Source: the human T2T-CHM13v2.0 reference genome, Homo sapiens. From it: DNA of 64,000 nt. The DNA lies in assembly GCF_009914755.1 (NCBI RefSeq), contig NC_060930.1; one strand, given 5' to 3'. The notes beneath the pieces were generated by a model. The model was not told the DNA's origin. It ran no database searches and saw only the letters and a program-made list of their open reading frames with translations. Positions within the stretch are counted from its first letter, which is position 1; every line of letters begins with the position of its first letter. Both the position numbers and the translations under genes were made by a program. Of this stretch, positions 15,165 through 31,280 are shown in pieces.

Positions 15165-16290
15165 GTTATAAAGCAAGGATGTGTTCAGAGACTAATGGGG
15201 CCATGTCAGAGGGACACAGGAACGGGGTTGCAAGGGCTCCCACTGGCGGATGTGGGACAATGTGAACATCAAAAAGAATAAGGATGGTCATGGATTGTAA
15301 TGTGCTGAATAAGAGAGAATCCATGAATCTATCATGATACTTAAAAAAAAAAAACAAAAAACAGTGGGAGAAGAGAGAGGAAGGAGGAAAGAAGACGCTC
15401 TTCTTTATAAAATAAGGCCAGCTACGTACAAAATCATCTTCTGCAACCACTCATGTAATAAGTAAATCAGGCAAGGGTGATCATCAATGGATGCAAAACG
15501 TGGGCAAAACTGCTGCAGAACAGGGTATCAACTAGGTTTCAAATATTACTTGTTAATGACAAGGAGAAAGAGAGATCTCAAGCAAATGCTGAAAGTTGGC
15601 ATCGCCAATAATGGAACTCACAATACGTGCCTGCAGATGTGACAGAATGGGAAGCACACATCATGCATGCAGTATTCTTGCCAGAAATGTTTAACCTGAA
15701 CCCAAGCATGACGACAATGAGACACGTCCAGACTGCAGGACACCTGGCTTGGGTTCTCCAAAACCAAAACATCACGAAAGACAAAAACAGGAGAAAGTGG
15801 GGGTGTCCAGATTACAGGAGATAAAACAAACATGATAGTCAAGGAGAGCCAATGGACTGACCCTTTACTGATCCTGGATGGGGCAGGGGCAGGGGCAGGG
15901 AAGGGCTTGGTGGGGAGTTTGGAGAAATTTGTATTGGATTGTATTTTCCGGCAATGGATAGTATTACTGCATCATTGATAAATGTCTTGGGTGTGACATA
16001 GGTACTGTGGTTATGTACGAGAACACGCTTCTTCTTAGGAGACGTATGTTGAAGAATTTAGGGGTGAAGTCTCATTACATGTGCGATTTACTTTCAAATG
16101 GCTCAGGCAAGAATATACTGCAAGAGTGACGGTGATAAAGGAGAGGGAGGAGGGCCAGGGCGTGTGTGAATGAGCAAGACCTGGCAAATGTGGCAAACAG
16201 TAACAGCTGGTGAACTGGGGAAGGTATATGGGTTTTCATTATATTATTATTTTTATTCTTGAAAATTTGCAATGTAAAAAATTAGGGGGA
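15165..16290 (+). mobile_element. L1MC/ME-type 3'UTR fragment
   Basis: Recognisable old-L1 3'UTR motifs (gtattcttgccagaaatgtttaacctgaa; ggtactgtggttatgtacgagaa; ttactttcaaatggctcag). Confidence 0.7.
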
Positions 16291-16336
16291 AAAAAGACAA
16301 ATGTGCATTTGGCTTGTTCTTTTCTTCATTTTTAAC

Positions 16337-16460
16337 TTTTTTTTTGAGACAAGTTCTCACTATGCTACCCAGGTTAGCCAGAAACTCCTGGGCTCAAGCG
16401 ACTCTCCTGCCTCAGCCTCTAGAGTAGCGGTGATTACAGGTGTGTGCCACCGTGCCTGGC
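16337..16460 (-). mobile_element. FLAM/Alu monomer
   Basis: Poly-T gagac...aactcctgggctcaagcga...ccaccgtgcctggc. Confidence 0.85.
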
Positions 16461-17578
16461 ACTGACTTGCTCTTGCCTGAACACCAAACCTTATCACTTA
16501 TCTGACAGCAGTCAGATCTGATCATTTTGGAATTCAATGGTGGAGATAAAACTGGCCAGAATAAGAACAAAAGGAAGGAACTGGCACAAACAAAATGCGT
16601 GGACAAAAGGCACCTGGGCACACAGGAGTATTTTCAAGCAGGAATCCCTTTTAAGATGAGGAATTACAACGGGACTTTAAATGACGGCCAAGAGTATAGT
16701 CAAATAAGTGGAACTGAGCAGATAACTATACAAGGCAAAAATGCAGTGAGCATGGGTTCTAAGGTTACAAATAAATTCAGTGAGTAGGCGAATTTATAAA
16801 TATGAATAATGAGAATGAGAGTAGACAGTATGTGAAATACACACCTATTTTCATACATATACACCATACACATTTCCCCCTTTATTTAAAACTTCTTTTT
16901 CAACTTTGAAAGTGATTCTTGTCTTGGGATACAATTCACAATTTACAATTACACGCTGACTTATTCGCTTGCCTATTTACCGATGATTTTTCTCACTATT
17001 TTGTAAGATCCACAGATCACCTTGCATTCTGTGTCTGCTGTGAGCCTTCTATTGGGATTGGAGGGAGGGACCCATGACCAGTGTAGGAGGGAATGCTCCA
17101 ACGGTAGGATAACTTGAGAAAGCTTTCAGAGAGACAAGCGTTTAAAAAGAAATGGCCAGCAAAGGTGCCGTGGAGGGGTATTACGGACAAGGTACAAACA
17201 CGGCTATAGCCCAGGGTCACGCAGACAACAACTGGGCAGGCTGACAGAGCTGAAGTGTCAGGGATTTGGTAATGGTTGTGAAAGCAGAATTTTAGGAGAA
17301 AAGCCTAGCTTGGCTACAGTGTACAGTGTTGGTTGAAGGCTGAAGAGGTTATGGGATTCCCACCTGGCATCTTTGGATGCCAAAGGGTTTTGGATCTGAG
17401 AAAGGGGGCAAGGTAAATGTCAACATCAAATGTTTGTTTGAAAGCAAGCATTTTCATTTTATTTTCCCAGAAAACCTACTGGAATTAGCATACTGACCTA
17501 TATACGAAAACCAATCATTAGGAAATAGCTAGAAATCAAAGACTTAACTGAAATCCATGGATTAGGTCCATGCCTTAG

Positions 17579-17872
<294 letters not shown>

Positions 17873-20800
17873 TAAATAGGGCTACACGAGTAACAGGGTT
17901 TCATCCAGTCTTATACCACAAGAGTAACACAGCAGTAGAATGTTAAAAACAAACACACACCCTTTTCTCCCCAATTGGGGATGTATAAAATCCCTTTATA
18001 CTGGGTATACATTTTGACCTATCAATTCTACTTCTAATAATCTATCCTAGTGAACAAAGATATAGGATTCACAAAGGTGTTCATCATAGCACCACTTAAA
18101 GAAGCAAAAGCTGAAGTGACCTAACGGTCCACCATTAGGGGTTGGCTCAACATATGATGGTTACTGCGTTGAGTGTACCCTATGTGTCCATTTTAAACTG
18201 ATGATGCAGGCATATTTTTTACTGATGAAAGATGTTAATTTGAAATTAGGAAATAATAAAAGTAAGTTATAAATGATTAGTAGGATTCCATTTAAGGAAA
18301 ACTATGCATTCATATTTATCTATCTGTGGAATAACATTTTGAAAGGATATACATGAAAATAATATTTCATGATAAAAAGATTATGAATATTCTTTCTACC
18401 CTCAAATATTATTACAATAACCACAGATTATCTGTGTAATAAAAAAGCAATACTTCCCTTAAGCCACCCCTCCTAATGCCAACCAAACCCCTAGTCATAC
18501 ATCTACGTTACATCCCTCTCCAGCTCCTACCCTAACTCTCCTTTCCTGTCAGGCACAACACTAAAACACTGTTTCGGGAGAGTCCTCCATCCCTCCAGCT
18601 CCTATGTTTACAACTGTGAATCACTAAAGCCATTCAGCATCTAACATTTGGAAGACCTATTCTGGCCTCCAGTTTATACCTCTTGCCTGAGAAAGACACA
18701 CCAACATCAAACAAAAATAAATGATTCCTGGTGTGTGTGTTAGGGGAAGTGGTGGGGGGAGAAACAGTGAAGGCTAAAAGAAAGCCAGGAAATATTTTTA
18801 TAAGCAGAAATAAATCAGGGAGTTTAAATTTTTCCCGTACTCGATATAAGAATCGATAAGCAGTTGTTACCATTTTGCTGGTGCTTGTTAACCAACCGTA
18901 TAAACATTTTAAGAGTCCAACGTGCTGACAAAGCACCTCTTTCTGTGGCGAAAACCCTCATGAAGCAAAAGTATACAAAATGCAGGGCTTTTACACCACT
19001 GTCATTGGAGGTGATGAGATTTCCCCTGTTTTATCAAACATGGCAGATTTATACAGCATCTTTAAATTGTTTTTTATCATGATTTTTAGGTTGAAGGGAT
19101 ACGGGAAGAATTATGAATGGGGGAAAACCTACTCAGAGTTCATCAATTTCTAGGACAGAACACTGTAAATCACCACTCCATTGGAAGAGAGTCCATAAAC
19201 ATAACAGTGACACCCACATGGCAATAGAGGGTCATGGACAGGACTGCAGTCTTTATGTGGAGCTCTGGGTCGTGTCCTTTAGGGAAAGCTCTCCTGGCTA
19301 CAGAATGCAAAGAGTCAACACCCACAAGCCTCACAGGCTGCATTCAGGAACCCTTCACCATCCCTGAAAGGTGCTCTGGAGACATACTAACCACCTGACG
19401 ACAGGCCTACCCGGAAACCCTAGGGTGGCAGCTGATCTAAAAGGAGGCAAGTGAGGATTTGCTGCACACCGTGTGTTCCAACATGCTGGGAAAGCACGCT
19501 GTAACACGAGCTGCACAGCACGGAAGAGCATCACCTGAGCGGCAACAATTCTCAGAAGGCCCAAAAAAAGGAGCTGAGGAGGGAGGATTTGTCGGTGCAT
19601 TTCCAAATACTTTCGAGGGAGAGGAAGCTCTGGACTGTCCAGGAACGATGACCACAGTTTCACGAGCACCTCCCTTCCTTTTGCTTTGATGCTAGCGTCA
19701 CTAAGCTGCCCCGACCCTACCCTGCTTTGAAATGTGAGATGCCCTAAGGAAAGCTCTCCTCCCAGGGACTGAGCATCTCGTGTTCTCACATCCTGGACCT
19801 GTGGGGCTGAAAGTTCCTCTCTGCAAAGGGAGGACCACACAAATGACTGCACCTGGTCCAAAGGGCTCCCCAGCATCTCACAGACACTGTTTTGTTTATC
19901 ACACAGACAGAAACACGCACCAAAAATCATTCTCATGCTCACAAAGTCAAAACCCTGATGTTTGCATTAATTCTAAAGAGACACGTTAAGGCACTTGAGA
20001 GACTAAAATTATTCCTTGATGATTTTCAGAAATACTAATTTTATTCCTTCCTTTCTCCCCCAAAATACTAATAAAGCAATATGGCATTATTTCAGTGACC
20101 TATAGGGCTAGCAGCCAGTTACATTCTACTCTTTCACATTAGATGATAAAAACAACCTCCCCAAATGATCTGGAGTCAAGCTGAAGAGCAGCTTCTTCAC
20201 TGCCAATAAATCCATTTTCTAATTATTCAGAAAGACAGGTTTGTCTTTGGCCCTGACTGCATTAAAAATACCGGAAGTATCATTGCTTTAATGTGCATTA
20301 TAGAAACATGACTCCCCAAGTGAATCTGATCCATTAATAACATCTCTTTAACTGCTAATGACTTCTGCAGACATGTAATAGAATATTTTATGGCTGTTTT
20401 CAACCATCTGTCCTTCTTTCTTTCAATATGAATTTGCCAGAGATGTAATGAAATTTCCTGTCCTCTGTGCCATTACATGTTTGTTAATACCAACACACCA
20501 ATCAGACACATCAACGCTGTTATGCTCACTATACATGGAGCTATGCTCTGAGCACTGCTCAAGGAATGAGAACCTTCTGTCTCCAATATTCTCTTAGGCT
20601 ACCCTTGAGCTAGCCCAAGTTTCTAACCTCTGTATGAGCACATTCATGTATGTTCTCGAGATTTGTAGGGCTAATGAATCACGAAGTCTGAATCAGTCAT
20701 ACAATAAGAGTTCTAAGAACAAATACCTGCATTAAAGATGCCACACTTTAAAAAGTTAAACATGATGTGTAAAATTACAATCCTTTTCTTTTCTATGAAT

Positions 20801-22605
20801 GATATCCTACATTAACACATTTGAAATTCAACTAAATTATGCTTTTGAACAGTTAATGAGTACCCCAGTGATCAATATTTCATATTTTCAACTTTTTTCA
20901 TTTACAAATTCTTTGATTGAGTACTATATGCTAATCACCTTTCATAAAACAGTCCATTGCTCTGAGTGTACGGCTCATGTTTAAATATGTATGCAGAAGA
21001 GAAATCCATTTGATAAAAAGATATGTCCTGAATTAATGCGGTGGGTTTTAAAATATAGCCGTAACCTGCTTTAAGGCAGGTTAGACATAGAGTTGCTTTC
21101 AATAGGAAGCTGTGCTGGAGACAACAGGCAGATTCCTGGCAGTATGGGTTGCTGTGGTATGAAAAGATCTGTGAAGTGACACTGGAAACTATAGACTGGG
21201 GGGCTTTGTTTCGAGGCCTGGGGTAAATGCAGGTCCAAGGAGGAAGCTTCCATTTTGTCCTGAGCCCCAGGATTCTGTGAGAACTGCAACCCAGTGTGCA
21301 AAGTGCAGAAAGCTGCCTCCTCTTCGCTCTCTCAGTTCTCTTTTGTTGTCAGACCTGATGTTTTCCTTAGTAGATTCTCTGGAAACATTCTCTGTTTTTT
21401 TTTAAGTTAGGGCAAAGAAAAAATAAAGAGTCTTTCACAATCAGCTGTTGGTGTTTAGAGCTTACAACGCATTTTGCAGTGAATGCTCTACAGAGTATCA
21501 AAAAATTCATTAAAATTTCACCTGCACAGAGAAAACACAACTAATTTTACCCCTACAGGGCATCAGCTGTGTTACTAAGGACAGTGTCACCTTTAAAGTC
21601 AATTCCTGTGGTTGAAATGAGGACTATATGCATCTGTCCTGCTTCCGGCTCCAACCAGAAGTGGTAATGAGGAGAGACAGACGGATGCACAATGATAGTC
21701 TTCACAAAAGCTCGAGTTTCAAAATGAAAGGGGAGAGTACTCAGCGCGTCGCATCCTGTTTGGTGTCACTAGGACCTTTCTTCTCAGAGGAAGGAGGCTA
21801 TTTATAAACTTAATGGTTACTTCAAGGAGGGCAGGCAGAAAAATAAATCTTTAGCTTCAGATTTCTTAAATCTTCTCTTGGTCACTGTTTATTTTGTCTA
21901 ATTTTCTATAACTTTTATTTAGTCTTTACACTTATAATTGGTAACTGGAAGGTCCCCAATACTAAATTAAGGTGTGTATATATAAACATATATTATCCCC
22001 CCTCTCTTTTGAACAGATGTTGTCATGCTTAGGACAAGTTTAAATTCTAACAAACGTCGAGAAAGGCTGAGAATATAAAAGATAAGCAAGGCTTAACGTC
22101 AAAATTGAAGCTCTCTTTCAGTTTTATACAGCTAATCATTAAAGTTCTGCTCCTCAGCCAATTCAGCTTAGACACATCACACACGTAATTAATGCACAAA
22201 ATGCTGCCATTCATGTGCAGATGAAGGAAGGATGCGGTCTATTTATTGAGCGCCTAGATTCTCAGTTACAAGAATTCTTTGCAAATATGATTTACAGTAA
22301 GTAGTATTTAAAGAAGCAATGGCATTCCAGACCCCAATGTGGAAATTTCTGGGGATAAACATAAATGTGCAATCTTAAATAATGCCTTGTTTTATGAGTT
22401 CTGGGTCTTTCAAAGAGGGGCTCAGAGCCAGTGCATAGACAAGAGCATAAACCCAGATCTCATGGTATGCTTTTAAAACATTATGAAGCAATATTTCAAT
22501 ATCTAATTTCACATTAAAATGGGAAATCTGGAAACACAAGGACTTCATTCCCACCTCCGTTTGGAACAGCTGTCCTTTAAAACGTAGAGGCCTTCTAGTC
22601 AGCCA

Positions 22606-22622
22606 CAGCGCCCTCCACTGGC
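22606..22622 (-). promoter_or_regulatory. Candidate CTCF motif
   Basis: Minus strand GCCAGTGGAGGGCGCTG, one mismatch to the CCASYAGRKGGCRC core; motif match only. Confidence 0.35.
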
Positions 22623-22830
22623 ACTTCTACACATGCCAGCCTCATCCTTCACTTTCCTGCTCGACCTGTGGATTCAAGAGGGAATAGGACACAGGTGGAG
22701 TTCTAGGCCCTTATCCTTGAACTGGATTGAGGAAGGGATGGGAGAGGAGAATTAAAGAAGAAAATCAGGAAAAACCATTTCCTGAGGTTTCCAGGATAAA
22801 GGGCCAGTGGAATACTAAGGAGAGGGGGCC

Positions 22831-23630
<800 letters not shown>

Positions 23631-25719
23631 TGTTGGTATACTAAGGCCTACGGAATACTAAGAAATTATCTGAAATGGCTTCTTTGGTGCTACCAGTGAT
23701 ACTGTCTGTTAGCCTTTGCTGGGTTCTAAGCTTTACCTGAGATAATCAAATTGAGTACTCACCTGTCTGCTGTCCGTTCCTCCCCTCCTCAGGAACCAAT
23801 GGGAAGGAGGTTTCCTGGGCAGTTTTCATAGACTGCACCCTGATGAGCAGTGTGGTTTAGAAATAAGTCTTGGCTGTTACTGAGGCCTGAAGCACTGAAG
23901 GAAGTGTGCTTATGTTATGATCTGACAGAGTTACCTTTGAAAATGAAGTTTCGGTCTTCATCTTGAACACAAGGATAATGACAGCTGATTATCTGTTTCT
24001 TTCACAGTGGTTAAAAGTTTTGGTGAATGTGTATCTCAGATTTCTAAAAGTGTGAGTATATAATTTCATCTACAATGGCATGAGGCAGAAGTATAAGTTC
24101 TGAAAGCTCCTGTACATTTCCCCAAGCTTCCCATCACACAATTACAAATGAGTAGTGTTGTCCACAGGAAGATACTTGTTTTAATACTCCAAATAACTTA
24201 TTTCAGTAGCACACATTTTGATTAGGATTGTTGACTGTTTGAAAATATCTCAATAGATCCCCTACTGTGTAAATGTCATACATGTGCACAAAACTTGAGA
24301 ATGCCAATAGGAAGGGAAAATATGGAAAAGTGCGAATACAGTTGCACCATCGACAGCTGCCAGAGGACTCTCAAGGCCTCCTGTGTCTTCCCCGTGTGTT
24401 TAAAAGAACTCTGCTCTTAACAGGTGTGACCACTGCTGAAATCACAGGTGAGCGTAGAAGATTCTCTGCTACTTAATATCTTCTTAAGGCTGTCCTCAAA
24501 TGCCACAGTCCTCTTACAGACTGAACAAAGAAGTTTTCCTAGTAATGCAGTAACAGTTAGGGATAAGCATGTCCTTGGAGGAGTACTGCACCCAAACATT
24601 TTAATCGCTTGGAACTCAGTCATCTGACTGGAAAGCGTACCCAGCTCTCCGGGATGACCCCTTCCTAGGCACTGCCTGCCTCTCTAGGGGGCACCATTCA
24701 GTGAGACACAAGCTCTTGGTGCCAACACAATGATCATTCAGGTGACCATTGTTGAATTGACCTCTAGACCCAGTCTCCCACGTTGCCTTGTTAGGACATG
24801 CTGTTTCTGTCCTGCCGCTCTGGCTTGAGGAATCTTTCATTTATGTATTTTCTTTAATCCTTTTAGCTACAGCTGTCAAATGTATCCTTACGGCACCAGG
24901 TTATTTCCGTGACTAATAAAAAAATCCAACTAGAGTCACAAGATGCTGTGACTTGTTATCTTCTCTGAAGAGTTTGAGGGGCTCAAGGACAAGTTATCAC
25001 ACATAGCAGTGTCTGTTTCATACTCTTACAAACAGGTCAGATGCATTTATACAGGGATGAGAAGTGATTCTCAGGAAATAAAGATTTCTTTCCAAGAACA
25101 TACTAGGCCTCACGCGCTCCTCAACACTGCCAACTTGGGGGATAATGCATTCTGGGGATGACGTCTTTGTTTAAAACATTTCTGAAAGCCACTGCTCACC
25201 CTGGGCTCTCACTATACCCACATATGCCACTATTTTTTTTTTAACTAAGTATTTAATTACTTGTGAGAATGTCTGTCTTCCCCTAAGAGTGTCACCAGCT
25301 TAAGAGCAGTGACTAAAATTGTCTTTTCATCTTATATCCCTGGTGTCTAGCAGAACACCTGGCAACATAGTAGGCACTCAATATTTATTGAATCACACAT
25401 ACTTTGTTTTGTATATTGTCTGTGTTGGCAGTTGCATCCTTTGAGGGTAGATTTTTTTGGTAACAGTCAAAAGTCATTCAGAGTCAAGTATGAAGAAAGA
25501 GGCCACTATACTACTCAATTTTCTTATGTGTATCATAAACTAAAACTGAAGGCCATTCTGAAAAGGAAGTTTATTGGAATAAACAGACAGACCCTCTAAG
25601 GCAAATAATTTGAAAGCTAACACCTGGATGTAGGAATTCTCACATGGTTCTTAAAAAAATTGTTTAGGGATTCATAACTCTTTTTTTTTTTTTTTAATTA
25701 AGCTTCTAAAAGTAAACTA

Positions 25720-26337
<618 letters not shown>

Positions 26338-26364
26338 TCAATAACTCAAAGTCAGGGCTAAGTT

Positions 26365-27060
26365 TTTATTTTTATTTTTTTCTTATTGTGGTAAAATATA
26401 TATAACACAAAATTTAGCATGTAAAGCCCTTTTCCAGAAGGACCTATTCATGTATTTTTTAAAAAGTGTTTAATTATTCGTAGCAAAATTTACCATTTAA
26501 ACTGTAATTATGTGTAATTTCAGTGGCATGAAGTACATTTACATTGTTTTTCTACTATCACCCCCATCCAGCTCCAAAGTTTTTTTATCTTCCAAAACTG
26601 AAACACAGTACCCATCAAACACCAACTCTCCATTCTCATCCCTCAGTCTCCCCCAACCCCTCATCACCCAGCCCCTGGCAATCACCATTCTACTTTCTAT
26701 CTCTATGAATTTGACTTTAGTAGCTCATATAATTGGAATAGCACAGTATTTGTTCTTTTGTGCCTGGCTTATTTCACCTAGCATAATGTCCTCCAGATTC
26801 ATCCATGTTATAGCATGTATCAGAATTTCCTTCCTTTTTAAGGCTGCATAATATTCTATTGTACGTATAGACCACATTTGTTTACCCATTCATCCATCCA
26901 TGGACACTTGGGTTACACCTGTTTGCTACTGTGAAAATGCAGCTACCCACATAGGTGTACAGAGACCTAATCAAGACCCTGCTTTCATTTCCTTTGAGTA
27001 TATAGCCAGAAGTGTAATTGTTGCATCCTATGGTAATGCTGTGTTTCATTTTTGGAGAAA
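26365..27060 (-). mobile_element. L1MB-type 3' end
   Basis: ttattgtggtaaaatatatataac...tggcttatttcacctagcataatgtcctccagattcatccatg...ccagaagtg. Confidence 0.85.
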
Positions 27061-30000
27061 CAGCATTACTAAGTTGGGTTTTATAACATTTTGCCCCATC
27101 ATGCTTACAACACACTTTAGACTATGGCTCTGCTTATCAATAATTTCTTACTGTGCCTAATCATAGGAGATGTAAGTATGGCAGATAGAATCTTACTGTG
27201 CCAGTCACTCAGAATAATCAATTTCCTTTACTTCTGGTCACATACCAGTTTCTTAGGCAGAAACAAGGCTAAAGCTAAACACAGAACCACAAATAATGAC
27301 TCAGCTAAATAAGCAGATTTGTTTATGGGGCTAATCTGACAATGCCAGCATGTCACAGGAGCTGGTTACTAATGAAATCTGAAGGGCTGGTAATCCTAGA
27401 GGTCTCTACAGAACCTGTGGATTCTTCCGCAGTTTACACCTCCTGCTGCTCCACAGACAGCAGCCGTTCCCCGGGGCTACCATGTATGGTGGCACAGGTG
27501 TACACCGTGGCAGGATTGAACATCTTCCTAAGCGTGTGACTGTTATCTCGTGATTTCCTTACTGTGACAATGTCAATACCGAGCTCAGTTTTCCTGTCAA
27601 TATTCAGTCTGCATTTTTAGGCTCAGCATCTATGCTAAAGATCTTCCAAACAGCCTGGCTCTACACAGGCCCTAGCATCCTCAAATGTAGATCCTCATTG
27701 CCTCCCTAATGTTACCTAACCTTAGGTAGGTTGCAGCTTGGATCTCACCACCATTTAGAACATATTTGAGCCCTAGACTTTGACTCAGTTTCCTGTCTTC
27801 CCACTTTTCTCAATCTGTCACCCCTGAGCTTGCTCTTCCTCAACATGATCTCTGGTTCGTTGGTTCCTCCTATTTTCCTGGCCCAGAGTTGCCTCCAGCC
27901 TCTCAGCTGCTCTGCCAGCGTGGACCTGGTGACCAATCACTGCAGCGATGCTCTCGTGGATACCCTTGCTTCACCTAACTTCTATTGCTGCATTCTCCTT
28001 GCCAATCCTAGCCTGGGGAAGATGGCACCAATCTCTCTCTCCCATGTGCGCCAGAACACTGTAAAACAGGACTGACTGGTCTTGCTAGTGAAGTATGTCA
28101 CTCACCTTTGTTATCACTGCTGTACAGCTATCCTTGAACCCATTGTTAATGGAGTGCCTCTCACCCTCCCTACATCCACTACATTATTATTGAACCCTTT
28201 TCACTTTTCTCAAGCAATACATCTTAATCCTACAATGCAGACTTTATGCACAGAGTTTTGCTTTCTTCATTTAATTTTTTGAAAGGATCACGCCCATTTA
28301 AGATGAATTTTCACGCCAAATAAACAAAACCATGAAAGAAATAATTGAAATATTTGATTACACAATTACAAGGTTTTCGTTTGTTTGTTTTTAAAAAAAC
28401 AAAACCACAAACCTGGTTGAAAGAGGAATGACAAGGTGGGAAAAGAAAATGTGAGCTTCTCCAACTTCTTTGCCTTAGAATTGTCCTGCATAGCTCTCAT
28501 TTGTCCTCTCCCTCTTTTCTTCCACGATGTATCGAGGACTCACGTAGGAAACCCTACTTTCCCCTCATTGCCCTGGGACCAGGCTCCATGAATGGTTTTC
28601 TACCCTGTATTGTGTCGTCAATGATTTCTTTTGCATTGGCTTTTTCCTCCCCGTCAACACACACAATACAATCTTTATATCCTTATAAAAACCACAACCT
28701 AAAATCCAAAGAAAACAAAACAAGACCCCACGCGGGCCCATCTGCCCATTCCCTAGATTTTCAAATGGTCCCTGTGTCCTCTCCTCCTCTTCACCACCAC
28801 ACTGCTCCTCTAGGTCTGGTGCCCCTGCCTCCTGACCACGCCCTGGCTCCAGGTCCCCTGTGAGCAGATTCCATTCTTTCCCACGGGCCATGCTCAACTG
28901 GCCTCCCTGCCGAGCTCTCTCTAAGAGATGTTGCCAAACATCCCATTTCACAACTCTCTTCTTCCTACTGCTCTTCTCAGCCTCTTCTCTTTCTAGTCAC
29001 TCCCTCTAGGTAATATAGTCCAGCTTCACCTCTTACCAGATGACTTCCAAACTCAGGCCTCCTGCCCAGATGGCCTCTGAGCTCTAGGTCTGCATTTTCA
29101 CCTGCCTGCTCAATGTACCTAGAAGACACAATGCTAGCATCTTAGACTCAGTCTGTCTCTAAGAGAACTCTCCTTCCTTCACATGGATCCCCTTTGTTCC
29201 TTATTGCTGTTAAGAGCATTCCTGTTGAACCAAGCAAAAAAATACCTCCCCCCCAATCCCCAGACATACTTTGTAATAAGTAAACTTTATAACAAATGAA
29301 CTTCGCCCATAATGAGGCAGTCCAGACTGGTGACCAGTGCCCTGTCCAGGAATCAGGTGATATCTCCTCCAGGTCCTGTAACTGCAGCTATTTTTTTTCT
29401 TTTGTTTTTAACTGAGACAGGTATTAATTAATGTGACATTTCTGAACCCCTATGATGTTATGCAGAAAGAATGAGATTTGAATTAAACCAATGATGTCAA
29501 TATTTTGAAATAGGTGGAATTGTAAATGTAGTAACTGGTTTTGTAATGACTATTTTTGTGTTGTTTTAGTTACCCTTCAAGGTGTTTGAAGACTTTAAAA
29601 GAAACAGCCATATTAGATTAGCAACTGCTTTTTAAATTGGTTATAGAAATATAATTTAGCTTTTAATCAATGCTTAAATGTTTAACAAAAATTCATTTTA
29701 AAGTTTCATTTATTAGATGTGTAAAATTAATAAATTGATCATTCAACTGAGAATAAACTTATACATGGTCATAAGCCCTCTAGATATTGAAAACCCATCA
29801 ATACTTTAGTTGTATATCATACACATCTCTCTCTTCATCCTAAGAGTGGTTTAGAACAATGACTTTAGGAGAGCCCAGGGGCTCAGAACTACGAGCCTGA
29901 ATATGTGTATTTTAAAAAGGTAACCCTGTTTGAGAACCACTGTTTAGACACATCCTTTAATCAGCCATGAGAGAGGACAGTAATCAGTGTGGCCTGTATA

Positions 30001-31056
30001 ACACCTGAATTACTAGTTAAATCTAATTTTGCTTGACATTCATGGACCTTCTATATTTTTTTAGCTGAAATGCATCAGTTTTGAAGGAGGCCATTGCCTG
30101 AGAGTGGAGAATATTTTATGTTATAGAGAATTTTTTATTGTAAAAGATTTAATCTGCATGCATGATTTTTATAATCTAGCATTTGCCACATACAGTTGTA
30201 GAGACTATAATGAAAGCATAAATCTTAGATTTTAAGTGAAAGTACCTGGCACATTTATATTATTTCATTACTAAAGCTTTTTCTTCCCTTCACCCCACTT
30301 TCCTCTCTCCAGGGTTTAGGCTCCATGTGCTACCAAAACTAACCTACAGCCAACGTGTATTTATTTAGAAAGACATTCAGAGATGAGGCCTCTAGCTGGC
30401 TAATCTAGAGCTTATGGGGACATGGTTGGAGGAAGAAAGAGAAAATAAAAGTACTGTGTTCTAATTCCACCTTTCCTATGATGCACAAATGAAAGGTTCC
30501 CTGTGCTCTATCCCTGCACAACATCCTTCATCTGCTGTGGGAGAAATCATCTTAAATACTTAAATGTAGAATTCTGCAGCTTTCAGTGGCATGCATTTTT
30601 TTTTATCCTTAGTCAGTGAAAACAGGTTATAGCATGTAGCATATAAGCAATGCATTAAATGGTAACTGCTATTATTATTATAGCCATAATCATATACAGT
30701 ATAGCAAAGGTTTCCTATTCAAAAGGAATGAACTTGCACCAATGCAATAAAGTTGGTAAAAAAATTTCTGGAGAATAAGCTTACTACTGAGTAATTCTGC
30801 TATGCCTCTACAATCTCCAATTTTGAATTTCACATCAAACCTCAGTTCTCTCTCTATTCCCACACCCCTCTTCTCCCCCTTTAGACCGACAAAATCAAGT
30901 GTATGGCACAGAAGTGGTAATTTCTCATCTTTCGGCTGTGCAATTATGTGACTAGAAATAAACAAAATTGGAGAAAAACAGTCTGACAACTAAATAAGAA
31001 GGCAAGCCTGAATCTTATTTAATGCTCCACTTGAGCTGTTAAGAATAGTAAGAACC

Positions 31057-31280
31057 ACTGCAGATCTATTGTATAACATGGAGGCTATTAATAATAATGT
31101 ATTGCATACTTGAAAACTGCTAAGAAAGTGGACCTCGAATGTTCTCACCATAAACAAATGGTAAGTATGTGAAGTAATGGATGTGGTAACTGGATTAAAT
31201 CATTTCACAATGTACACATCTAACAAAACATCATGTTGCACACCATAAATACATACAATTTTTACTTGTCCATTTTTTTA
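31057..31280 (+). mobile_element. L1MA-type 3' end fragment
   Basis: gatctattgtataacatg...aataataatgtattgcatacttgaaaactgctaaga...catttcacaatgtacacat. Confidence 0.8.

Noticed and set aside
19355-19942. 195-aa minus-strand ORF, and the 171-aa ORF at 3058-3573
   Set aside because: No recognisable domain or homology and no clear exon structure; lengths like this arise by chance in 64 kb.
23755-23765. Strong minus-strand donor CAG|GTGAGT (also GAG|GTGAGT near 42417)
   Set aside because: I could not pair either donor with a convincing acceptor, so no exon was called.
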